Of a stretch of 64,000 bases of DNA, positions 20,371 through 29,031 are shown piece by piece. The notes below the pieces were generated by a model that worked only from the letters and a program-made list of their open reading frames with translations, made no database searches and was not told the origin of the DNA. The DNA comes from Porphyridium purpureum. Taxonomy: Eukaryota. Where the stretch lies: the NCBI GenBank assembly GCA_008690995.1, contig VRMN01000001.1:2976001-3040000 (forward strand), written 5' to 3'. Both the position numbers and the translations under genes were made by a program. Position 1 is the first letter of the stretch. Every line of letters starts with the position of its first letter.

Positions 20371-23300
20371 TTACTGCGGTGAAAGTGGCGGTTGGCTTCC
20401 AAAAATTCGCTCCTTCAAAGTCTGAATAGCCTGAGCGACCTCCTCTTCGAAAACGGTAATCTTCTCGACGTGAACTTGCGGGGCTGCGCTTCCAGCCGTG
20501 TTCATAACGGACACCGATCCCAGCCACGGATGTGCACAAATATCATCCAACGTCGCGCGTTTGTACGGCGATTTCACTAAAATTTTCTTGAGCAAGTCCT
20601 TGACCTCGCCGCTAACCACTGGTCGGCTTGGTATCTTCAAAGGGTCCTTACAAATCCTGTCCGCCATGTCTCGCAACGAATCCCCATGGAATGGCACCTG
20701 ACCAAACAGCATATAATACAGCGACGCCCCCAATGACCAAATGTCTGCCGCGTAACTCTCGTAAGGCCCGGGCGGGGCGTGCATCGAGTTTGAATCCTCT
20801 GGTGCACAGAAAGCTGGCGTTCCAACCATTGTCTTGGTGCGCATCAGCTTGCGGCGGTCCCGATCGCGAGCCCCGCCTTGCCTTGTGTCATCGCGAGCAT
20901 CAAATTCGGCACTGTACACCTTCGCACATCCAAAGTCGCTCAGCAGCACGGTCCCCGCTGCGTTCACCAACAAATTGTCCGGCTTAATATCACGATGTGC
21001 CACGTTATTCTGGTGTAGGTACGCGAGCCCAACCACGGCGTCAGAAAAAGCTGCGCGGGCAACATCTTCTGAAACATACGCACCATTTATGGGTGAGACG
21101 GCGTCAACGATCGAACCGCGCGACATGTAGTCCATCACCATATAAAAAGCGTCCATGCTCGGGTCGTCGATTACCTCGCCAAGACTCAGCACGTTGGGAT
21201 GGTTGAGCTTTTTCATGATCGCAATTTCGCGCAGGTCAGAAAAATTCGGCGCGCCTTTTGAAGCCGCCGCATTCATAAACGCGCTTGCAGTCAGATTTTT
21301 CTTCAAGTAGCTCTTGCTCATGATCTTAACCGCATAGAAGCGCTTGGAAGAGGTGCTCAGCGCTAAATGCACAGTACCAAATGCGCCAGAACCAATCTGG
21401 TGCATGAGTATATACGACGCGATGCGCGGTAGTTGCGTAACCTGCAAACCTCGCCAGTAGTCGAAAAATACATTGTAGTCGTTGAGAACGTTGGCAAGAG
21501 AGCGCGCGCCGTCCTTAATGCGTGCGTGCACCGGGACAAGGCACGCCAAGCCTGAAAAGTATAGCTTGGACAATACGCGCTGCTCGAACAGTAATTCCAT
21601 ACAGCTTTGCTCATTACTCTGCGTAAAGAACTTGATCAGCAACTCGAAGCCAGTGCGCTTGAGGTGAAACACATTCGCCAACTGCACGCTGCCCTGCGCA
21701 TCCGCCTCGTGCGCGAGCACCAGGATAGGCTTGTAAGATGGACTCATCACCTCATACGTCTTCGACGGTAGCGTGGCTCGTGCCGTCAATAGCTTTTTAC
21801 GCCAGTGCAGAGCTGTCATGTCTCGGTCCAGCCACAAAAATACCAGGCTCCACTTCAGGATACCTTCGCGCACAGTTGCGTTGAAACCTCGCAAGAGCAA
21901 AGATACACACTCAAGAAAACTCGCGCTCATCACATCACCTCCAAACGCACTTCCAAAGGATTTTGGAAACAACGACCCGTCGTTTAGACTTCCGCCGGCC
22001 GTGGTCGCACCCGTGCCAAAACTGTTGGAGTTCGTCGCAGCGAATGTTGCGTCAGCAGCCGCATTCTTATTCGGGACATGCATGGCACCACTTGGATAAG
22101 CCGTGTTGGCACTGCTCGCGTGTAGCGCAACCACAGAGTCCGAAGACTCCGAGGAGGGGAGCGATGAACTTGAGCCGCGATTGAAGATGCGAGAGAACAG
22201 CGTAGCGCTACTCCCTACCTTTTGATGGGATATATTCCCACTTGCAGCATTGTGGTGGGGAGTAGGCGTCGATCCGCCTGGCCCGAGGCCGCTACCGTTT
22301 CCAAGAAATTCAGCTCCACGCATTTGCGCGAGCTTTTCCTCGGCATTCAACCCCTGTTCGTCCGGTGGCGGCGCCGCACTAAGCGAAAATCGGTTCGGCC
22401 TGCGAGGAGGCGGCTGCGAGGGGTGATTATGATGGTGCCTGTTGCCTTTCCCAGCTTCACGTTTCATGCCAGCTTCGCGTTCGCGACCTGCTCCTCCGAC
22501 CGCGATCTTGAAGCCTTCGCGGATCGTGCCGACGGGTGTCTCAAACACATTTGGCAGTGTCACCCCATCTGACTCTCTTCTGGCCTCCTTCGTTGCATTT
22601 TCAGCTGCATCCCCGCCATCGCCAGAAGAAGCCTCGTGCTGCAGCAAATCAAAGTCGTCGCGACTCAGCGCGAAGGGAACAAAAGACTGCTCGCGCATAA
22701 GTGGGTTTCGTGGCATGACCGATCGGTTAAAGAAGCTCGGTGCCTCAATTGAGGCATCCAATTTCGTGACTGAGCTGTCCCAGCTCCGTACAACCTTGCG
22801 CGATTGCACGAGAAATTCCATCATACTCAGGGCTAGGTCGTCGTCGTCATCATCATCGTCATCATCATGCGAGCGTAACCGCTCAAAGAAGCCAACGCCG
22901 TCCAACGATCCTGACCTTGAACGCCGTTCCTTTTTACCACTGCTGCCCGACGACTTCTTTTCTACTCGCTCTCCACCGAGCTGCACAAGGCGGCTTGAGA
23001 CTGAGCTAAGCGTGCACGCGTCGCCCGAACGACTACCACTGACCTTCCCTCGAGAAGCCTGTGGCGTAATGGTACGGTCGGGGAGCTGTGACGACAGAGA
23101 GCGTTCGACATTGGTGCGATCGTCATGCTGTACGTGGATGCTAGGCATAGGTCCGTCTGCTGGAACGTAAGGCGCCAACTGATCCGCGCAACCTGATGCG
23201 AGTCGAGCATCGTAAATTCCTCCGCGTCCCGCGCTAACTTGCTCGCCCATCAAAATTCCCATGGGCGCAGCGCCATGTCCACCACTTTGCGACGGGCTTC

Positions 23301-26157
23301 TCAGAGCCGCAATAGCCTCCAGCCGGTCATTCTGAGCATCACTAAGTACGCGTGACCTTTCCCCTCGTCTGGTGGGGGGAGGATAGTTAGCCATGGCGTA
23401 AGGCTCAGTGACCGACCTTTCCGGAAATGGGACTGCTGGGCTGACTTCGACATTCGCTTTGTCCAATTTGGCAGGGGCGGACACACGTGCGTGCAGGTCA
23501 CCATCATCGCTCTGACGACTCTGGTGCTTGACTCCAATGCGAGCGCCTGGCATGAAACTGGGCGCGGAATCGTCCGAATCTTCATCGCCTTCTTCCCCTT
23601 CAATCTCAACGGATACAGACGTCTGGGAAACATAACTTGTAACCCCGATTTTTGCCCCCGGCATAAAACTTGGCGCAGAATCGTCCGAATCCTCTTCGCT
23701 TTTACCACAATCCAAACTTGTGGCTGCATGCCTATAATGGCCTGCTTGACTTTCTACATTCTCACGCGCATTCGCAAATACACCCAATCTCGCTCCGGGC
23801 ATAAAGCCCGGCGCAGAGTCTCCCGAGTCATAGTCGTCCGGTTGCTTGCTTTGCGAAAAACTACTCGGGCGATGATCTCTGTTCCGTGCATCACCGGAAA
23901 ATTTCTCACCTGGACTTTCCCGTGCCTTGTTTGCGATGCCAAGGGCACGTCCAGGCATGAAGCTTGGTGCTTCGTCGCTTTCGTACTGGTCGACAGAGTT
24001 GGAGTCAATCATGTCAGCAACAATAATCTCGGCTCCTTCGCCATCAAAGACACGAGTGTCGCCGCTAGGCGGGTTTAAGCTAATCCTCAAGTCTCCGCGC
24101 TCAATGCCGCTTCCTGTTTGAGCACACGCTTTGAAGCCCGGCGTAAACGAGGGTGCGGAGTCATCGGATTTTTCTCCAGCGTTCTCGTGCGCGACGGCAC
24201 GATCCGTAGGCTCATTGTCACCGCGACGAAGACCAACGCGTCCTCGAACCGCATGCAATTCTGACCGTTCAAGTTCGCCGGGGATGTTCCCGCCGTCAAG
24301 AGAGCCACTGCACTCATCGTTACTAATACTTTTGCGTTTCGGATTCAATGGCTGCTGTACGCCCTCCGAATCGTCTGGGCCCATACCATATCCCATTCCT
24401 TTTGCGTCCTTCTTCGCGCATCTTTTCCTTTCGAAAATGGTTGGTGCCCGAGTCACAGGGCTTGCGGGTGCTGCGGTAGGGCCCGACGATGAGGTGTTGC
24501 TGAAAAGCAATGCAGCAGCTTTCTCCTCCACCTTCAATCGACCAACGTGCAACCTGTTCGCGATTTCTGCAACACCATCGGTAAAACGCAGCCCAGGCAT
24601 TTCCGCGCTCGACGGCGTTTCGTTCTGCGTACGCACTGTACTGGGCGAAAGACTGCGTGGATCATGAGCATACCCAGGCGACACGCTGGGTACCCGACTT
24701 ACATTGCTGCTTTGGCTTTGGCTTTGGCTCTGGCTCTGGCTCTGGCTCTCTCGGCTCGATACTGATGCCGCCGACGTTGCACTGGGCGCGAAAGCAGGTG
24801 ACGCAACATCCGGTAAATTCCCGTTCGACATGGAGCTCTGTATTTTCCGCGGGTTGGAAGACATCAAGCCCCCTCCGGTCTTGTTCCCACGTCGAAGAAC
24901 GCCCCAGATCTTTTTCTTGTTATTGTCCGAGGCAGTAGCGACGGCAGAAGAGGTAGCTCCAGCGCCAAGCGCACTCCGACCTTCTTCATCACAGAAACGG
25001 TACATCATGAATTTGTCCTCAAAGTTGTACTCCCTGTTCACGTGTTCGATGCGACCTTGCTCCATCATCAAGTTGCCCGCCCTCACAGCATCCTTGCGGG
25101 ATGCACATACGCCGCGTCGCACCATTTCAGATACTGTCTCATCGCCTACAAACACGTTCGATAGCATCTTGCCACGAAGTAGTAGATCTTTCACTTGCAG
25201 CTGGGTGCAAAAGAAAGCTTCGATCGCCTCGAAATCAAGTTCTTCAGCCGACGGCGGGGACGACCTGAATCGCGCAGAGTCCGTTTGGTCCGGCACAAGC
25301 TCCGTCGGACGGGCATTCTTTGCGTCCTTGCTCTCACTGGTCACAACAAGGTCTTGTCTACTCTTTCGCGACGGAGCGACCACGGTGTCCGCGGCTCCTG
25401 CTTTTGTAGTTTCATGGACATTCACCGCAGCAGTTGAAGGTACACTGACATGCCTTGCGTAGTCAACGGCAGGTGGGCCACATGAAGGCGGAATACCAGT
25501 GCGGCCGGAAAGGGAGCTCGCACCGGTCACGTTTCCACTAGAACTCGCGACGCGTTGCGAAGTGTGGAGGCCGCGGTCGACGCCTTCCAGCGCACTCGAG
25601 CATTCGGCCAGAATGTCTACTTTGGTTTTCTCCTGTGGTGACATTGACTGCCTGCCAGTATTCCTGGTCGCTGTGCTTGTTGCTCCGCCTGCTGCAGACG
25701 ATTTCCGGTTCCAGCTGAGCTTCTGCGCCAACGGTTCTGGCGTGTCGTGGATGGACTCGTGGGCGCTTGCCGGGTTATTCCAGTCAGAAAATCGATTCAA
25801 TGTGACGAATGACGATCGGTTTGGCTGCTCGTGGTGCTCTGCGTTCCGCTGGCATGCCTGCTGCTCTGCTGCGGCCTCTTTCCACGACACCGCCTTCTTG
25901 AGTCCCTCATGCACCTCCTGCAAGTCCAGCTTGATGGATGCCGGCTGCATGATTTCATGCACGGACGACTGCCACCTCTGCGCCGCCTCGGACGACTGCG
26001 CCACAATTGCGGCCAGCGCGCTGTCTGCTCGATCCAGCTCGGCCTTGCCTTCATTCGCGGGGTCCTGCTGCGCGCCATGCTCTCCCGCGGCGGCGCGCAC
26101 GTCCCTCCTGTGCATGCGGCCGCGAGTGCGCGTCTCCGCGCCTCCCCGACTCTCCAT
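20371..26157 (-). CDS. 1928-aa CaMKK/GRIK-like Ser/Thr kinase with DEP and PH-like domains
   Basis: IGSGAFGTV, YAVK, EIAIMKKLNHPNV, HRDIKPDN, DFG and GTPAFCAPE. DEP-like VKD....K.LSNVFVGDETV...SRKDAVRAGNLMMEQGRIEHV...FEDK..YRF. PH-like FLWLDRDMTALHWRKK. Confidence 0.88.
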   Translation of the reverse strand: MESRGGAETRTRGRMHRRDVRAAAGEHGAQQDPANEGKAELDRADSALAAIVAQSSEAAQRWQSSVHEIMQPASIKLDLQEVHEGLKKAVSWKEAAAEQQACQRNAEHHEQPNRSSFVTLNRFSDWNNPASAHESIHDTPEPLAQKLSWNRKSSAAGGATSTATRNTGRQSMSPQEKTKVDILAECSSALEGVDRGLHTSQRVASSSGNVTGASSLSGRTGIPPSCGPPAVDYARHVSVPSTAAVNVHETTKAGAADTVVAPSRKSRQDLVVTSESKDAKNARPTELVPDQTDSARFRSSPPSAEELDFEAIEAFFCTQLQVKDLLLRGKMLSNVFVGDETVSEMVRRGVCASRKDAVRAGNLMMEQGRIEHVNREYNFEDKFMMYRFCDEEGRSALGAGATSSAVATASDNNKKKIWGVLRRGNKTGGGLMSSNPRKIQSSMSNGNLPDVASPAFAPSATSAASVSSRESQSQSQSQSQSQSSNVSRVPSVSPGYAHDPRSLSPSTVRTQNETPSSAEMPGLRFTDGVAEIANRLHVGRLKVEEKAAALLFSNTSSSGPTAAPASPVTRAPTIFERKRCAKKDAKGMGYGMGPDDSEGVQQPLNPKRKSISNDECSGSLDGGNIPGELERSELHAVRGRVGLRRGDNEPTDRAVAHENAGEKSDDSAPSFTPGFKACAQTGSGIERGDLRISLNPPSGDTRVFDGEGAEIIVADMIDSNSVDQYESDEAPSFMPGRALGIANKARESPGEKFSGDARNRDHRPSSFSQSKQPDDYDSGDSAPGFMPGARLGVFANARENVESQAGHYRHAATSLDCGKSEEDSDDSAPSFMPGAKIGVTSYVSQTSVSVEIEGEEGDEDSDDSAPSFMPGARIGVKHQSRQSDDGDLHARVSAPAKLDKANVEVSPAVPFPERSVTEPYAMANYPPPTRRGERSRVLSDAQNDRLEAIAALRSPSQSGGHGAAPMGILMGEQVSAGRGGIYDARLASGCADQLAPYVPADGPMPSIHVQHDDRTNVERSLSSQLPDRTITPQASRGKVSGSRSGDACTLSSVSSRLVQLGGERVEKKSSGSSGKKERRSRSGSLDGVGFFERLRSHDDDDDDDDDDLALSMMEFLVQSRKVVRSWDSSVTKLDASIEAPSFFNRSVMPRNPLMREQSFVPFALSRDDFDLLQHEASSGDGGDAAENATKEARRESDGVTLPNVFETPVGTIREGFKIAVGGAGREREAGMKREAGKGNRHHHNHPSQPPPRRPNRFSLSAAPPPDEQGLNAEEKLAQMRGAEFLGNGSGLGPGGSTPTPHHNAASGNISHQKVGSSATLFSRIFNRGSSSSLPSSESSDSVVALHASSANTAYPSGAMHVPNKNAAADATFAATNSNSFGTGATTAGGSLNDGSLFPKSFGSAFGGDVMSASFLECVSLLLRGFNATVREGILKWSLVFLWLDRDMTALHWRKKLLTARATLPSKTYEVMSPSYKPILVLAHEADAQGSVQLANVFHLKRTGFELLIKFFTQSNEQSCMELLFEQRVLSKLYFSGLACLVPVHARIKDGARSLANVLNDYNVFFDYWRGLQVTQLPRIASYILMHQIGSGAFGTVHLALSTSSKRFYAVKIMSKSYLKKNLTASAFMNAAASKGAPNFSDLREIAIMKKLNHPNVLSLGEVIDDPSMDAFYMVMDYMSRGSIVDAVSPINGAYVSEDVARAAFSDAVVGLAYLHQNNVAHRDIKPDNLLVNAAGTVLLSDFGCAKVYSAEFDARDDTRQGGARDRDRRKLMRTKTMVGTPAFCAPEDSNSMHAPPGPYESYAADIWSLGASLYYMLFGQVPFHGDSLRDMADRICKDPLKIPSRPVVSGEVKDLLKKILVKSPYKRATLDDICAHPWLGSVSVMNTAGSAAPQVHVEKITVFEEEVAQAIQTLKERIFGSQPPLSPQ

Positions 26158-26453
26158 TCCGTCGTCTCCACCTCAACCCACCCCGCCACCTTATTCCCTC
26201 TTACCCTTCCTCCCCTCAGTCTTCCCCTGCATCCACACCCTACCCATACACCCGTTTTTCCAAACCCACTTGCAAACAGCCCAGCTGTCCCACTAGACTC
26301 ACGCACGCACGTCTTCTTGATTAAACTGTACACTGCACGAAACACTACCAATGAACACGCCCTACAGAACCGCCTCTCCCGCCACTACCCAAAAAATCAT
26401 GTTTCATCAATTTAACCTGGATCAAGTACAGTGCACTGTACATCCGTCAATTC

Positions 26454-26501
26454 TTCACGGTTCAACGGTTTCACGGTTTCACGGTTTCACGGTTTCACGG
26501 T
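26454..26501. repeat. 8-bp tandem repeat (TTCACGGT)x6 in the divergent kinase/TM9SF intergenic region
   Basis: Read directly, one variant unit (TCAACGGT). Confidence 0.9.
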
Positions 26502-26692
26502 TCAAACTAGGAAAACAGAACAAGGGCCAAGCAGAGCCACTAAGGCTCGGGTAGATTGCAAGTGTCGTGACGTGACTGCGGGGCTGAGAGTAGAGGAAAG
26601 GAAGGGGCAAAGGTGGGAAGGGGGATGCGATGGGGAGGAGGGTGGCTATGGGGATGGGAAGGGGAGGATGCTTGCGGAAGCGATGGGACGCG

Positions 26693-28663
26693 ATGTGGTG
26701 GATTGCGCTGGTGCTGATGTGCTGGGCAAGCGGGAGCCGCGAGACGCGCGCGTTTTACCTGCCCGGAGTCAGCCCAGTCGATTATGAGCAGGGCGCGCCG
26801 CTGAACGTGTTTGCGAACAAGTTGCAGTCGCCGGTCAACTATGTGTCACAGGATTATCACCGCTTCATCTTTTGCAAGCCGATTGACGAGGGCACGGGGT
26901 CCGAGTCGCAGGTCGAGCGCGTCCGCAATGCAAAGCGCCTCAATTTGGGCCAGCTTTTGTCAGGACAAAAGTACGAGCCCACGTCGATCGAGTTCAATAT
27001 GATGAATTCAGAGTCCTGCGTGCTCTCGTGCGTGCGCGATCTCGCGAGACAGAGCTTTTCAAATCCCAAGCGCGCACAGCTGGTAGAGGCGAAGAAGGTC
27101 AAGACGCTCAGACTCATCCGTGAGCAGTACTTTGTCCGGCTCATCCTCGATAACATGCCCGTTCTTACAAAGCTGACAGATCCGGGAAGCGGTCGCACAT
27201 TCACATGGATGGGGTACCCGCTTGGCGCGGTCAAGCAGGGAAAGGAGTTTCTGTTCAATCACCTCAAATTCAAGGTGCTGGTGCATCAGGTGAAGAATAC
27301 GCTGCTGGAGCGCGTGTCGCCCGGCGCGCAGTTTTACCGCGTGGTTGGCTTCGAGGTCACGCCGACGTCCGTGGACCACTGGATTTCCCAGGATGGCACG
27401 TCGGTAAAGTGCAAGAAGGATAACAGCGACCAATTCTTTGAGCCCCGCGCGCTGGCCGAATTATCGCGCATTGCGTTTACGCACGATGTGGCTTTTGAGG
27501 AGAGTGAGCTCAAGTGGGCCACACGCTGGGACTCGATTTTGAACGCAAGTCCTGAGACAAAGCGAGTCGAGTGGTTCTCGATCGTCAACGTGCTTTTGAT
27601 CACGCTGTTTTTCTCGCTGCTGACTGCGTTTGTGTTACTTCGTACGGTGTACCTGGACTTTGCCCGATACAATGGACTAGCAGACGACGAAGTCACCCAG
27701 GAGTCGGGGTGGAAAATGCTGCATGGCGATGTCTTCCGTGTACCTCGCGTGTTTGAGTTGCTGTGTGTGTGGGTGGGCGCCGGCGTGCAGCTCGCCATCT
27801 TGGCGGTTGCTACCCTCTCGCTTTCTGTGATTGGATTGGTGTCACCAGCGAACCGTGGCGGCCTTTTGAGCGTGATGCTTTTCATGTGGGTCTCGACAAG
27901 CTTTTTCTCCGGCTACACGTCCGGTCGGCTGTATGGCGGCATGGGTGGTACACAAAAGCGCAGCGTCGCCTTGATGTCTGCGTTGTATCTCCCTGGACTC
28001 ATTGCGGGCGTGTTTATTTCTCTCAATGTGCTGCTGCGCATGAATGCAGCCTCGAACGCCGTCCCCATCTTTACGCTTATTGTACTCGCGTGTGTTTGGT
28101 TCGGCATCTCCGTGCCACTAAACCTGCTGGGCTCGTTCATTTCGCTCAAGCAGGGCGCGATCGACGTGCCCTGTAAGACCAATGCGATTCCTCGTGAAAT
28201 TCCAGAATCCCCACTTTACACGGAACTTCTTTATTTGATGTTGCCCGGTGTGATTCCGTTTAGCGTGGCGGTGGTACCGCTCGCGTTTATTCTCAACAGT
28301 ATCTGGCAGAGCGCAATCTTTTACATGTTTGGCTTTCTGTTCCTGGTGCTGATGATGCTCGTAATCACATGCGCACAGCTTGGAATGGTCATCGCGTATG
28401 CACGTCTGTCTTCCATGAACTTCCACTGGTGGTGGCCGGCGATTGGCACGGGCGCTTCTTCTGGACTGTACGTCTTTTTGTATACAGTCAGCTACCTTTT
28501 GAGGTTCTCGCGCCGCGCTGAACACGAGTGGCTCTCCACAGTCGTGTATCTCAGCTACATGATGTTGCTTTCTGTCTGCTTTGCTCTTTTCTGCGGCGCG
28601 TGCAGCTTTCTGAGTGCGTTTTGGTTTGTGCGACGTATCTTTGGCGCCGTGCGCATCACGTAA
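26693..28663 (+). CDS. Transmembrane 9 superfamily (EMP70/TMN) protein
   Basis: Signal peptide then AFYLPGV, LDNMP, WATRWD, WFSIVN, ESGWKMLHGDVFR and nine TM helices. Start uncertain (26630 alternative). Confidence 0.95.
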   Translation: MWWIALVLMCWASGSRETRAFYLPGVSPVDYEQGAPLNVFANKLQSPVNYVSQDYHRFIFCKPIDEGTGSESQVERVRNAKRLNLGQLLSGQKYEPTSIEFNMMNSESCVLSCVRDLARQSFSNPKRAQLVEAKKVKTLRLIREQYFVRLILDNMPVLTKLTDPGSGRTFTWMGYPLGAVKQGKEFLFNHLKFKVLVHQVKNTLLERVSPGAQFYRVVGFEVTPTSVDHWISQDGTSVKCKKDNSDQFFEPRALAELSRIAFTHDVAFEESELKWATRWDSILNASPETKRVEWFSIVNVLLITLFFSLLTAFVLLRTVYLDFARYNGLADDEVTQESGWKMLHGDVFRVPRVFELLCVWVGAGVQLAILAVATLSLSVIGLVSPANRGGLLSVMLFMWVSTSFFSGYTSGRLYGGMGGTQKRSVALMSALYLPGLIAGVFISLNVLLRMNAASNAVPIFTLIVLACVWFGISVPLNLLGSFISLKQGAIDVPCKTNAIPREIPESPLYTELLYLMLPGVIPFSVAVVPLAFILNSIWQSAIFYMFGFLFLVLMMLVITCAQLGMVIAYARLSSMNFHWWWPAIGTGASSGLYVFLYTVSYLLRFSRRAEHEWLSTVVYLSYMMLLSVCFALFCGACSFLSAFWFVRRIFGAVRIT

Positions 28664-29031
28664 TGACGAAAGCAGGCTGGTCGTGTGGGAAGAATTTGGT
28701 GACAGAATCCGGTTGTTCGGCACGTCCCGCATCTTGGCTCAGTCGCTGTGCAAGGTGGGATGGTGTTCAGCCTGGGGTGCGGGATCTCTGAGATCTATTG
28801 CACCAACTCCCGCTCTCGGCACGTGCCGACGTGCACGCATCCTGCGACTGCTTCATGGTCATTGGGACAGGTGTGGACTGCTTAGCGATGCACATGCCGC
28901 TCGTTCGCAAATTCATTCTTTCGTTCTCACTAAACGGGTAGTGTACAGTTTCACAATCCACCGTCACACGCGTTGCTTCGCGCTCGTGAACACGCGCAAA
29001 ATCGACGTGTCTGCCCGTCGCGCAAGCTGGG

